Of a stretch of DNA of 64,000 nucleotides, positions 19,247 through 28,726 are shown one piece after another. Each line of letters starts with the position of its first letter. Within the stretch, counting starts at the first letter, position 1. The stretch is from Cyanobacteria bacterium P01_A01_bin.123 (GTDB lineage Bacteria > Cyanobacteriota > Cyanobacteriia > Phormidesmidales > Phormidesmidaceae): assembly GCA_039815185.1 (NCBI GenBank), contig JBCBZT010000013.1, positions 64,001 to 128,000 of the forward strand, read 5' to 3'. The notes beneath the pieces are model-generated. The model had not been told where the DNA came from and did not search any database. It was given only the letters and a program-made list of their open reading frames with translations. The position numbers were made by a program, and so were the translations under genes.

Positions 19247-20281
19247 TTAGTCTCCATCTGCTGCTGGCGCAGCTACTTTTTGGTATTGTTCTCGAATTCG
19301 ATCCAACACCCGATTATCAACCGCCTCTTTTGCCAGTCGAATCGCGTTAAAAATGGATGGGGCTTGAGAGCTGCCGTGACTAATCACAGCAATCCCACTG
19401 ACGCCCAACAGTAGGCCACCGCCGTGCTCAGCGTGATCTACCCGTTGTTTAATGCGCCTGAGATTACCGCGTAGCAACGCTGTTCCCAACTTACCTTCGA
19501 TCCCTTGGGGCAACTCTTCCCGCAGAATTTGCAACACCGATTCACCGACGGCTTCTGCAAATTTCAGCAGCACATTGCCCACAAACCCATCACACACCAC
19601 GACATCAAACTGACCGGAGAGTACATCGCGCCCTTCTGCATTGCCCACAAACGGGACTGCTGGGTTGTCAGCTAATGCCTGATGTACCTGTACCGTCAAT
19701 TCGTTTCCTTTACTGGGTTCTTCGCCGATGTTGAGCAACCCTACTTTGGGTTGCTCAATCCCCAGAACATATTGGGAATAGATTGCCCCCATCACCGCGA
19801 ACTGCTCTAAAAATTTGGGTCGGCAATCGACGTTGGCACCGACATCCAGAACCAGGACTGGCTTATTCGCTACCACGGTAGGAAATACGGCCCCAATGGC
19901 AGGGCGATCGATGCCTTTGATGCGTCCCAGGCGCAGTAGTGCTGCTGCCATGGCTGCCCCAGAATGACCCGCTGATACCACCCCGTCAGCTCGATCGTGC
20001 TTGACCAAATCCATTGCCACATTGATAGAGGCTTTGGGTTTACGGCGAAGTGCACTCAGAGGCTCTTCGTGCATTTCTACAATGCCTTCAGCAGGCACAA
20101 TCTCGATATCTCGCAGATTTTCAGGCTTGGGGTTAGAGTCCTGAATTTGTTCAGGATCACCCACCAAGATAATATCTGCGTCCAGTTCAGCTCTGGCTCG
20201 AATAGCGCCAGCGACAATCTCAGCGGGGGCAAAGTCCCCACCCATCGCATCTATTGCGATTCGTGCTCGATTCAATCCCAT
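19247..20281 (-). CDS. plsX: phosphate acyltransferase PlsX
   Basis: IAIDAMGGDFAP, DVGAN, CDGFVGNV, SHGSS. Confidence 0.96.
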   Translation of the reverse strand: MGLNRARIAIDAMGGDFAPAEIVAGAIRARAELDADIILVGDPEQIQDSNPKPENLRDIEIVPAEGIVEMHEEPLSALRRKPKASINVAMDLVKHDRADGVVSAGHSGAAMAAALLRLGRIKGIDRPAIGAVFPTVVANKPVLVLDVGANVDCRPKFLEQFAVMGAIYSQYVLGIEQPKVGLLNIGEEPSKGNELTVQVHQALADNPAVPFVGNAEGRDVLSGQFDVVVCDGFVGNVLLKFAEAVGESVLQILREELPQGIEGKLGTALLRGNLRRIKQRVDHAEHGGGLLLGVSGIAVISHGSSQAPSIFNAIRLAKEAVDNRVLDRIREQYQKVAAPAADGD

Positions 20282-20320
20282 CAACTGAAGCTATTAAAAA
20301 CCTTCAGAAATTTTATCAGA

Positions 20321-21049
20321 CTACTCTTCACCCGGCTCCACAATTCGCTGGAACAGGTAGCCTGTTCCCCTCGCAGTGAGGATTAATTCTGGATTGCTGG
20401 GGTCGTCTTCTAGCTTAGCCCGTAGGCGAGAAATGTGAACGTCGACAACGCGGGTGTCCACATGGCGTTCGGGGGTGTAGCCCCAAACCTCTTGTAAAAT
20501 TTCAGAGCGAGAGAAAGGTTCTCCGGAACGGCTGACTAATAGTTCTAGTAAGCTGAACTCCATCCCTGTTAGCCGAATCCGCTCGTCACCCTTATAAACC
20601 TGACGCTTGTTTGTGTCGATACGAATGGTGTTGACCTGGATTACCCCTGAGCTGGGGATGCCGGAAGTGCCAGTTTTTTCTACCCGCCGCAGCACAGAAC
20701 GAATGCGTGCCTCCAGCTCCTTAGGTGAAAAAGGCTTGACGACGTAGTCATCGGCACCGAGTTCAAGTCCGGTAATCCGATCGGCGACGTCTCCCAGAGC
20801 GGTGAGCATAATGATAGGAATGTCTGACTCTTTGCGGAGCTCTTGACACACGCCATAGCCATCGAGCTTGGGCATCATCACATCCAACACAACGAGATCA
20901 GGCGCAGCATCACGGAAGGTCTCCAGTGCTTCCTCTCCGTCAGCGGCAGTGACAACGTCATACCCGATCATAGAGAGCCGGGTTTCCAAAATTCGACGAA
21001 TACTAGCTTCGTCGTCTACTACTAAAATCTTTTCTTTCAAATTGTCCAA
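20321..21049 (-). CDS. rpaB: OmpR-family response regulator RpaB (Ycf27)
   Basis: KEKILVVDDEASIRRILETRLSMIGY…WGYTPERHVDTRVVDVHISRLR; TTG start 21049 inferred from homologue N-terminus. Confidence 0.95.
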   Translation of the reverse strand: MDNLKEKILVVDDEASIRRILETRLSMIGYDVVTAADGEEALETFRDAAPDLVVLDVMMPKLDGYGVCQELRKESDIPIIMLTALGDVADRITGLELGADDYVVKPFSPKELEARIRSVLRRVEKTGTSGIPSSGVIQVNTIRIDTNKRQVYKGDERIRLTGMEFSLLELLVSRSGEPFSRSEILQEVWGYTPERHVDTRVVDVHISRLRAKLEDDPSNPELILTARGTGYLFQRIVEPGEE

Positions 21050-21352
21050 TGCTCTCAACTCTCCTGTCGTCAGGCCATTCTTAAAAAGATGAATACTTCG
21101 TAATTAAGTTTTAGTACGGCGATATTAAGATAGTACGCTATTCTATTCGCTTTGATCCGTTTGTGATCCCTATTCCAAGCTGCCTTAAGGTTTTTTAAGA
21201 TTTTCTTTTTAAAGTTGCGAGGGGAGAACTTGAACTTTACAAAAAGCAAACTTTCAAGATCAGACAGCAAAATTGTCAAGAATTCTATGGCGAGCTAGAT
21301 GATAATTTCCTGGGGCAGCACGATGACAATTTGTTGGAGAAGTCCCTGAAGG

Positions 21353-22786
21353 ATGGCCAAGTCTCGTTCAATTTACGTTTGCAATGCCTGTGGCGCTGAA
21401 TCGCCTCAGTATTTTGGCAAGTGTGCGGTCTGTGGCAGCTGGAATACATTGGTTGAGCAGGCGATCGCGCCCGCTAAGTCCTCCACTGGAGTGGCAGCGG
21501 TGCGATCGCGGAGCCCCCGAGCTGACAAATCGACCCATGCCAGTCCCCCCGAAGCTAGGTTGTCACTTACCCTGGCGCAGGTACAAGATCATCCCCAAGC
21601 GCGTCTGACTTCGGGCTATCACGAACTCGATCGGGTCTTGGGGGGTGGCATCGTGCCGGGGTCTTTGGTGTTGGTTGGGGGCGATCCAGGCATTGGTAAA
21701 TCAACATTGCTGCTGCAAGTGGCAAACTACCGATCGCGCCAAGCCCCAGTACTGTATGTCTGTGCTGAAGAATCAGGGCAGCAGGTGAAGCTGCGATCGC
21801 AGCGGTTGGGTATTGACGCCCAAAGGCCGGAAAATCAGTCCTCGGCAACGGATTCGCTTTACTTGTTGCCTGAGGTGGATTTAGAAACGGTGTTGATGGA
21901 GTTAGAGTCTCTGCGACCGCCCGTGGCGATTATCGACAGTATTCAGGCTTTGTACTATCGCGAATTAACCTCGGCACCCGGATCGGTATCTCAAGTGCGG
22001 GAATGTACTTCGGCGCTGATGCAGGTGGCTAAGCGAGAAAATATTAGCTTGTTCATCGTGGGGCATGTCACTAAGGAGGGCGCGATCGCTGGCCCGAAAG
22101 TGCTAGAACACCTGGTCGATACGGTGCTCTATTTTGAGGGCGATCGCTTTGCCAGCCACCGCTTATTACGTTCAGTCAAAAACCGTTTTGGCGCGACCCA
22201 TGAGCTAGGCGTGTTTGAAATGGTCGATCGCGGGTTAGAAGAAGTCCGCAACCCCTCGGCACTATTTTTGGGCAACCGGGATGAAGTGGTGTCTGGAATC
22301 GCCACGATTGTTGCCTGTGAGGGAACCCGACCTTTAGTGGTTGAATTGCAATCCCTGGTGAGTCCTACGAGCTACAGTTCACCCCGGCGATCGACGACGG
22401 GCGTGGAATACAATCGGCTGCTGCAAATTTTGGCAGTGTTGGAGAAACGGGTCGGCATCCCCCTCTCGAAGCTAGACGCCTACGTGGCCTCCTCCGGCGG
22501 GCTGAACGTGGCTGAACCGGCGGCAGATTTGGGCATTGCGATCGCAGTGGTGGCGAGTTTTCGCGATCGCCTGGTTGATCCTTACACCGTACTGATTGGC
22601 GAGGTGGGCTTAGGCGGTCAAGTCCGGCCCGTTTCTCAACTGGAACTGCGGCTCAAAGAAGCAGCCAAGCTGGGCTTCAAACGGGCGATCGTGCCTAAAG
22701 GGCAAGGCATCGACTGCGGTCTGGAGGTGATTCCGGTAGCACGAGTGGTCGATGCGATCGGTGTAGCGTTGTCTGGTAACGCTTGA
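21353..22786 (+). CDS. radA: DNA repair protein RadA/Sms
   Basis: C4 zinc finger, GDPGIGKS, KNRFG, Lon-like C-terminus. Confidence 0.96.
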   Translation: MAKSRSIYVCNACGAESPQYFGKCAVCGSWNTLVEQAIAPAKSSTGVAAVRSRSPRADKSTHASPPEARLSLTLAQVQDHPQARLTSGYHELDRVLGGGIVPGSLVLVGGDPGIGKSTLLLQVANYRSRQAPVLYVCAEESGQQVKLRSQRLGIDAQRPENQSSATDSLYLLPEVDLETVLMELESLRPPVAIIDSIQALYYRELTSAPGSVSQVRECTSALMQVAKRENISLFIVGHVTKEGAIAGPKVLEHLVDTVLYFEGDRFASHRLLRSVKNRFGATHELGVFEMVDRGLEEVRNPSALFLGNRDEVVSGIATIVACEGTRPLVVELQSLVSPTSYSSPRRSTTGVEYNRLLQILAVLEKRVGIPLSKLDAYVASSGGLNVAEPAADLGIAIAVVASFRDRLVDPYTVLIGEVGLGGQVRPVSQLELRLKEAAKLGFKRAIVPKGQGIDCGLEVIPVARVVDAIGVALSGNA

Positions 22787-22795
22787 GGGTAGAGA

Positions 22796-23650
22796 CTAGC
22801 TGGCTTTAGTTGGCGGCAACGGTGGACTTTGGTAGGGCAGAGGAATGTATTGGACAGAGGGGCGTCCGGTCATGGGTTGGGGATATAGCTCCATCAAGTT
22901 ATAAATTTCCATCGGCAGTCCAGCGGTAACGGGCAAACCGATTTCCTCAGCTTCTTCCATCGCAATCGGATAATCATGGGTGACTTGCCCCGTAGTTAGC
23001 CTTTCGATGATGGTGTCGATTTTGTCAGGATCAATCTTTGGTGCCGGAATGTTGTCTTCTAGCAACGACCGGACAAATGCCTGCACTTGGGCGATCGCTT
23101 TGCGGGCTATATCTGCCGTCACTAAGGTTTGGTCGTCAATCTTGTCAATGGGTTTCTCTTCTAGTACCTTCAGGACACTGGCTGCAGCCACATTTCCCAG
23201 TTGCGGGTCAACAGGGCCTAGCACCGCATTTTCATCCATGACGATCTCGTCGGCAGCCATGGCCAGCATGGTGCCGCCGCTCATGGCGTAGTGGGGTACA
23301 AACACCGTGACTTTGGCAGCGTGGCGAATCAAGGCTCTGGCAATTTGTTCTGTTGCCAACACCAGTCCACCAGGGGTGTGCAAAATCAGGTCGATGGGCA
23401 CATCCGGCGGTGTCAAGCGGATGGCCCGCAAGATTTGTTCTGAGTCTTCGATATTGATGAATTTAGACAGCGGAATCCCCAGCAAGCTGATCGATTCTTG
23501 GCGATGAATCATCAGAATCACGCGACTGCCTCGCTGCTGCTCTAGGGCACGAATCGCATTGAGCCGCCGCATTTCTGTTCGCCGCCGCTGAATCACTGGC
23601 TGCACAGAGGAAATGATCAAAAAGATCACTAACAGGTTGAAAAAGCTCAT
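22796..23650 (-). CDS. SDH family Clp-fold serine protease (DUF114)
   Basis: LHTPGG, AMSGGT (Ser), DPQ (Asp), THDYP (His). Confidence 0.88.
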   Translation of the reverse strand: MSFFNLLVIFLIISSVQPVIQRRRTEMRRLNAIRALEQQRGSRVILMIHRQESISLLGIPLSKFINIEDSEQILRAIRLTPPDVPIDLILHTPGGLVLATEQIARALIRHAAKVTVFVPHYAMSGGTMLAMAADEIVMDENAVLGPVDPQLGNVAAASVLKVLEEKPIDKIDDQTLVTADIARKAIAQVQAFVRSLLEDNIPAPKIDPDKIDTIIERLTTGQVTHDYPIAMEEAEEIGLPVTAGLPMEIYNLMELYPQPMTGRPSVQYIPLPYQSPPLPPTKAS

Positions 23651-23785
23651 GGCATAACAAACGTAGTCCGCTTTTAAGAATGCCAGATTCGCTCTGGTTT
23701 GAGAACGGGCTTTTAGGGTTGAGATTGCTGATTTAGAAATTGGCTAAGCTAGAGCCAGTGCCGCTTCCTTAGCCCCATTTTTCCT

Positions 23786-25615
23786 ATGCCTACGCTTCAT
23801 CAAGCTTGGGATAACAGTCACTTCTACACCAATAGTGACGATCCCAAAATAGCTACCACGGTTGACCAACTCAAAGGTGCGATCGCGACCCTCGCTGACC
23901 AGTGCACCCCTTTCACCCAGCACATCGAAACTGCCGAAACCCTCCCCGCAGAAGAATTCGACGACCTGCTAGCCCAAGTCAAAACCGCCCACCAGCAGCG
24001 CACCGACATTGCTAAACAACTGGGCAATCTGCGCACCTTTATCTCCTCTATCCTCAGCGTTGACTCCCGCGATGCTAGTGCTAGCGAGTGGAAACCCACC
24101 CTCCAACAGCTCAGTGCCGAAATGAGCCAGGCCACTAAAGCCTTGGATATTTTCCTGAATCGGGTGAGTGACGATTTCATCCAAGCCGCGATCGCCGACC
24201 CAGTCCTCGAAGAGCTGAGTTTCTCACTGCGACACCAGCGCAAGCTCAAAGACCAACTGCTCAGCGTGGCTGAGGAAAAACTGATCACGGGTCTCGCCGT
24301 CAATGGGCTCCAGGGGTGGGGTAACCTCTACACCAAACTCTCGGGCACCTTGCAATGCACGGTCGATGGCAATACTGTTGGACTAGCTAAAGCGTTTAAC
24401 CTGATGAGTTCCCCCGAACGTACCATTCGATCTGAAGCTTGGTATGGGGTCAAAACCGCCTGGGAAAGTCGGGCCGAAACGGTAGCGGTTATTCTCAACG
24501 CGATCAACGGTTGGCGACTAGAAGAAACGAAACAGCGCGGGCACCACCGTACCCTCCACTACCTCGACAAAAGTTGCCACCAAAGCCGCATCGATCGCGC
24601 CACCCTCGATGCCCTGATGGAAACCACCTATCAACGGCGAGCCGTTGGTCAACGAGCCCTGACTGCCATGGGCAAGGTACTCAATCTCCAGCCTATGGCC
24701 CCCTGGGATTTGTTTGCTCCGGCTCCAGCAGGGAGCCAAGCCCGGATGTTTTCCTTCGAGGAGGCGATTGAGTTGGTGGCCAAGGCCTTTCAACAACTCA
24801 CCCCAGCCATGGGAGATTTTGCGGTGATGATGGCTGAAAAAGGCTGGATTGATGCTAAACCGACCCCCAATCGATCGACTGGGGCCTATTGCACCAGCTT
24901 TTCAGAACCCAGGGAGCCGCGCATTTTTATGACTTTTGAAGGCACCATGAACAATGTGCTGACCTTGGCCCATGAGCTGGGTCATGCCTGGCACAACTGG
25001 GTCATGCGAGACCTGCCGCGCTACAAAACCTACTACTCGATGACGCTGGCAGAAACCGCCAGTATTTTTGGCGAAACCCTGGTGCGGGATGCGCTGTTTG
25101 CCCAGGCCAGCACTCCTGAACAAAAACTGGAAATTGCTTGGCAAGATGGCGCTGCTGCCACGGTATTTTTGCTCAATATTCCGTCTCGATTTACGTTTGA
25201 ACAAAAACTGGTGGAAGCGCGCAAACAAGGGTTTGTGATTGCGGATACGCTCAAAGATTTGATGCGGGACAGTTGGCAGCATTGGTATGAGGACAGTCTA
25301 GCCAGCTATGACGAGATGTTCTGGGCGAGTAAGCTGCACTTCTCCATCGCAGAGCTTAGTTTTTACAACTATCCCTATCTGTTTGGGTATTTGTTTAGCC
25401 TCGGTATCTATGCTCAAAAAGACCATTATGGGGAGGCGTTTAATGACCTCTACACTATGCTGCTGCGGAATACTGGCAGCATGACTGCGGAGGATTTGGT
25501 GCAACATCATCTCCAACAAGATATTCGTCAACCTGAATTTTGGCAGGCCAGTTTGGATATTGTTGAGCGGGCTGTGAGTAGGTTAGAAGGATTGACATCT
25601 CTCAATGAAAACTGA
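23786..25615 (+). CDS. M3 family oligoendopeptidase F
   Basis: TLAHELGHAWH, AETAS, FYNYPY. Confidence 0.92.
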   Translation: MPTLHQAWDNSHFYTNSDDPKIATTVDQLKGAIATLADQCTPFTQHIETAETLPAEEFDDLLAQVKTAHQQRTDIAKQLGNLRTFISSILSVDSRDASASEWKPTLQQLSAEMSQATKALDIFLNRVSDDFIQAAIADPVLEELSFSLRHQRKLKDQLLSVAEEKLITGLAVNGLQGWGNLYTKLSGTLQCTVDGNTVGLAKAFNLMSSPERTIRSEAWYGVKTAWESRAETVAVILNAINGWRLEETKQRGHHRTLHYLDKSCHQSRIDRATLDALMETTYQRRAVGQRALTAMGKVLNLQPMAPWDLFAPAPAGSQARMFSFEEAIELVAKAFQQLTPAMGDFAVMMAEKGWIDAKPTPNRSTGAYCTSFSEPREPRIFMTFEGTMNNVLTLAHELGHAWHNWVMRDLPRYKTYYSMTLAETASIFGETLVRDALFAQASTPEQKLEIAWQDGAAATVFLLNIPSRFTFEQKLVEARKQGFVIADTLKDLMRDSWQHWYEDSLASYDEMFWASKLHFSIAELSFYNYPYLFGYLFSLGIYAQKDHYGEAFNDLYTMLLRNTGSMTAEDLVQHHLQQDIRQPEFWQASLDIVERAVSRLEGLTSLNEN

Positions 25616-26162
25616 GGTCACGACGGTTTACTTAGAAATACTGACGCCGCCCGCTCTCAAGCCTGGCAAAGTCACTGACCTAACGATTGTCGAAGCGCAA
25701 GTTCCTTGTCCTGAGTTAAATCGATTTCTCTACACGGCGGTGGGCGGTAATTGGTATTGGTGCGATCGCCTGTCTTGGACTTATCAAGATTGGTTGACTC
25801 ATTTGAGTCAAGATACAGTGCAAACCTGGGTGGGCTACAGCGCGGGTAACCCTGCTGGCTATTTTGAGTTAAAACAACATCGCGATCGCAGTATAGAAAT
25901 TTTGTGCTTTGGGTTGTTGCCCCAGTTCGTTGGGCGTGGCTATGGTGGGCATTTACTCACGACTGCCCTGCAAACGGCTTGGGGATTAAAACCTGAAAGA
26001 GTTTGGGTCCATACCTGTAGCCTTGATGGCCCCAATGCGCTCCGCAACTATCAAGCTCGTGGGATGCGTGTCTATCGTGAGGCGGTTAGCTCCCATGAGT
26101 TACCTGATACGCCGCCAGGGCCATGGCCAGGGTCAGAATATACAGGTAAAAATGCTCCCTGA
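25605..26162 (+). CDS. GNAT family N-acetyltransferase
   Basis: FGLLPQFVGRGYGG, VWVHTCSLD; overlaps the peptidase gene by 11 bp. Confidence 0.88.
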   Translation: MKTEVTTVYLEILTPPALKPGKVTDLTIVEAQVPCPELNRFLYTAVGGNWYWCDRLSWTYQDWLTHLSQDTVQTWVGYSAGNPAGYFELKQHRDRSIEILCFGLLPQFVGRGYGGHLLTTALQTAWGLKPERVWVHTCSLDGPNALRNYQARGMRVYREAVSSHELPDTPPGPWPGSEYTGKNAP

Positions 26163-26210
26163 ACAAATTTGAAAGCGTGGGAGGCGTAAAAAATAAGCAA
26201 TTTTTGAAGA

Positions 26211-26471
26211 TTAGACTTTGTCGTCAAACCACTGGTACCAAACGATATTGGCTAAGACTGTGATGATCAAGGTGATGGCACCGACAACGCCGGCCAACAT
26301 TGGGTCATAACTGCCGCGAGAGAGGGTTTTCATCCAGAGTTGGGTTGTCTCACTGTGACTGACGAAATTTGCAATCACAGGAAACAGGTAGATCAAAACG
26401 GCTCCAACAATGAGCCAGCCAACCATCGACGCAAGTAGGAAAATGTTTTTGCGATTGGAGCGGGAAATCAT
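26211..26471 (-). CDS. small two-TM hypothetical protein
   Basis: ATG 26471; two hydrophobic helices. Confidence 0.65.
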   Translation of the reverse strand: MISRSNRKNIFLLASMVGWLIVGAVLIYLFPVIANFVSHSETTQLWMKTLSRGSYDPMLAGVVGAITLIITVLANIVWYQWFDDKV

Positions 26472-26563
26472 CGTCTGTATAAAGTAGAGGCTAGTAGAGG
26501 CTCCGATCAACCTATCATGGTCGCCAACGCTGCATAATCCTGAGCCGCATTCAAATCTAGTCC

Positions 26564-27139
26564 TCACCATCTCGCTTCCAATTGGTCAATGTAGTCTTTA
26601 GAGTCTTTGAGTCCCCATCCTGTGGCTATTCGCACCTGTTTGATGGCCTCAATTTTTCGGTTGTGGGCCAGCAGCGATCGCAGTTCGTTGTCTATCTCAG
26701 CTAAAGGGTCATTAGTCGGGTTTACCAAATTGGGTTTGCCTATTTCTAGGCGTTCAAGGTAGTTTTTAGATTTTTTGAGTCCCCATCCGGCGGTGACTCG
26801 CACCCGCTTCAGCGCCTCAATCCTTTGACCATTAGCTAGCAGCGATCGCAGTTCTGACTCAATCTCTGCCAGAGCCATCGCTTGATCTGCGTTGGTCGAA
26901 TTCCCACTAGGCAACTGGTTCTCGACAGGCTGAACCCTTGAGCGATGGCTCCCCTGAGCCCATCTTTGACCATCACGGGGGCTGAAACCATCAACTGGAG
27001 GATGGTTCCTCGGACGCTGTAGTTGGCTGGTTACAGCAAATGCCACAACAAAGACAACCACTCCGAAACCCAACATCAAGACCAACGTCATGCCCATGGA
27101 AAAACTTGGAAATTCAACTGTTCGAGCCGTGCTCTCCAT
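26564..27139 (-). CDS. membrane-anchored protein with two ribosomal L7/L12 C-terminal-like domains
   Basis: TM helix followed by two 56-aa-period repeats, IEA.K.VR..GWGLK.SK.Y. Start uncertain. Confidence 0.75.
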   Translation of the reverse strand: MESTARTVEFPSFSMGMTLVLMLGFGVVVFVVAFAVTSQLQRPRNHPPVDGFSPRDGQRWAQGSHRSRVQPVENQLPSGNSTNADQAMALAEIESELRSLLANGQRIEALKRVRVTAGWGLKKSKNYLERLEIGKPNLVNPTNDPLAEIDNELRSLLAHNRKIEAIKQVRIATGWGLKDSKDYIDQLEARW

Positions 27140-27263
27140 TAGCAACAAATACGACAGTGGGGTTCCGGAACTGGTATACAAACTTCACAAGGGTTTTAGC
27201 TTGCCCGACTCCTACTGGATGCACCAGCACCAGCTTGTTGGGGTGTGCCTTCGCTGCTCGACA

Positions 27264-28325
27264 TCAGGCTTGCCGCCGCTTTTGGGTCAAGTCTCTTGCC
27301 TTATCGCGGAGAGACTGCAACGATTCTGCCGTGGTGTCTGAATCTTGAGTGCGGACTTGTTTAGCCCGTGCAACTAAATCGCGCAAAGACTGGATTTGTT
27401 CTGAAAAGGCTTGCTCTCTAAGCACCACAGCCCGCACCATTTTTTGAAACATTTGTGCCAAGATGCTGAGTTCGTCGCCCCCTTTGGCCACGGCTTTAAG
27501 CTGCTGATTGGCGATTGATTCAGCCTCTTCAAGGGTGATGTTTCCCTGGCTCATTTGCTGAGCTAACTGGGTGATCGGTTGCAGCGGACGAATCACGACT
27601 CGATTGATCAACCCATTAATCAAGAGTAAAACGAGGACAAAAATTCCAGAAAATAGCCCCATCCAATGCAGCCAATGACGATGGTAGCTGGCGAAAACGG
27701 TCTCTGAGGGGACGTAGATGGTTTGAGCGGTAACAATCTCACCCATTTGCCAGTTAAAGCCGTGCTGAGATCCATAGGTATTAATCAAACTAGGGGGAGC
27801 ATCTTGGGGATCCCCATGGCACTCAAGACAGCTCACATTATTGATGCTCAAAGGGCGAGAAACAAAGAAGAAGCGTTCACCATTGCGATCGCGGAAATTG
27901 CTAATCTCTTTCAAATCAGGTTTCTGGCGAAATTGTTCGATCAAGGCTGTTTCAAACTCGTCGGCTTGATCGCGCAGGTTCGTTGGATTCAGAGTTGCTT
28001 CTTTATAGAAGAACTGCTGGAAATAGTCATCGCGCGATCGCAGATCTTCAAACACTTCAGTAGCCGAATAAGCGGGAATCGTTTCGCGAATGAAGTCATC
28101 CCGTGAGGCTTGCAGGGGCTGAAGCTGTGGGTTAATCGAATTGCTAGTGTAGTTGCGCACCGAATTCATCGTCTCAATCATCAACAGTGTCTGATTCTCG
28201 ACCATTTCCTCAGCTTTATATCGGGAGGCTTGAGACAGCAGCGCCCCACTAATTAAGATGCCGCAGACGAAGGCAAGACCTAAAATCAGCGTGAATTTAA
28301 CCCCGAGTTTGAGCTGCTTAGCCAT
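27264..28325 (-). CDS. DUF3365 (Tll0287-like) c-type heme sensor with HAMP domain
   Basis: TM, ETIPAYSATEVF, YKEATLNPTN, CLECH, TM, DEL..LA..F..M HAMP. Confidence 0.85.
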   Translation of the reverse strand: MAKQLKLGVKFTLILGLAFVCGILISGALLSQASRYKAEEMVENQTLLMIETMNSVRNYTSNSINPQLQPLQASRDDFIRETIPAYSATEVFEDLRSRDDYFQQFFYKEATLNPTNLRDQADEFETALIEQFRQKPDLKEISNFRDRNGERFFFVSRPLSINNVSCLECHGDPQDAPPSLINTYGSQHGFNWQMGEIVTAQTIYVPSETVFASYHRHWLHWMGLFSGIFVLVLLLINGLINRVVIRPLQPITQLAQQMSQGNITLEEAESIANQQLKAVAKGGDELSILAQMFQKMVRAVVLREQAFSEQIQSLRDLVARAKQVRTQDSDTTAESLQSLRDKARDLTQKRRQA

Positions 28326-28532
28326 GGTTCCTCTTGGTGATGGGGGCACATTGTGGAATAGCGCTTCAAGGCCAACATTCCCACTTTAGACTTCCCAAGA
28401 AATCGCTTTTGCCTATGGTCTAAGTCCCAAGTATCGCTGAACTGCTTTACCCAAGCAGCGATGGGATGCCAGTTCTCAGAATTTAGACGACGAGCTCTGG
28501 GGCTTTGAGCCATCGTGCCTAGTACTTTTTTT

Positions 28533-28557
28533 AATCCCGACTAAAAAAGTCGGATAT
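28533..28557. promoter_or_regulatory. IscR/Rrf2-type palindromic operator candidate
   Basis: AATCCCGACTAAAAAAGTCGGATAT matches 21 of 25 positions of the E. coli IscR type-1 consensus ATASYYGACTRWWWYAGTCRRSTAT (hand count). Confidence 0.55.
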
Positions 28558-28647
28558 GTTTGACGCTGTTTTTGCCGCCATGCTACTATCCGCAAAGCTT
28601 GAGTAAACCTGCTCAAACCCCTGACTAAACCGTGATTTAAACCTTGG

Positions 28648-28701
28648 CCACTTCTAGCTCCACCCAAGCTAAAAACTCAAGCTTTCGAGTTGGATATGGT
28701 T
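28648..28701 (-). repeat. degenerate copy of the dispersed TIR repeat family
   Basis: GCTAAAAACTCAAGCTTTCGAGTTGGATATGGTT is similar to 56644-56676. Confidence 0.55.
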
Positions 28702-28726
28702 ATGACTTAGTAGAGAGAGTAGACCC

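Noticed and set aside
21059..21352. HLR1 (RpaB) site in the rpaB-radA divergent region, and the 69-aa ORF there
   Set aside because: No convincing paired TTACAA direct repeat was found, and the ORF is AT-rich promoter DNA.
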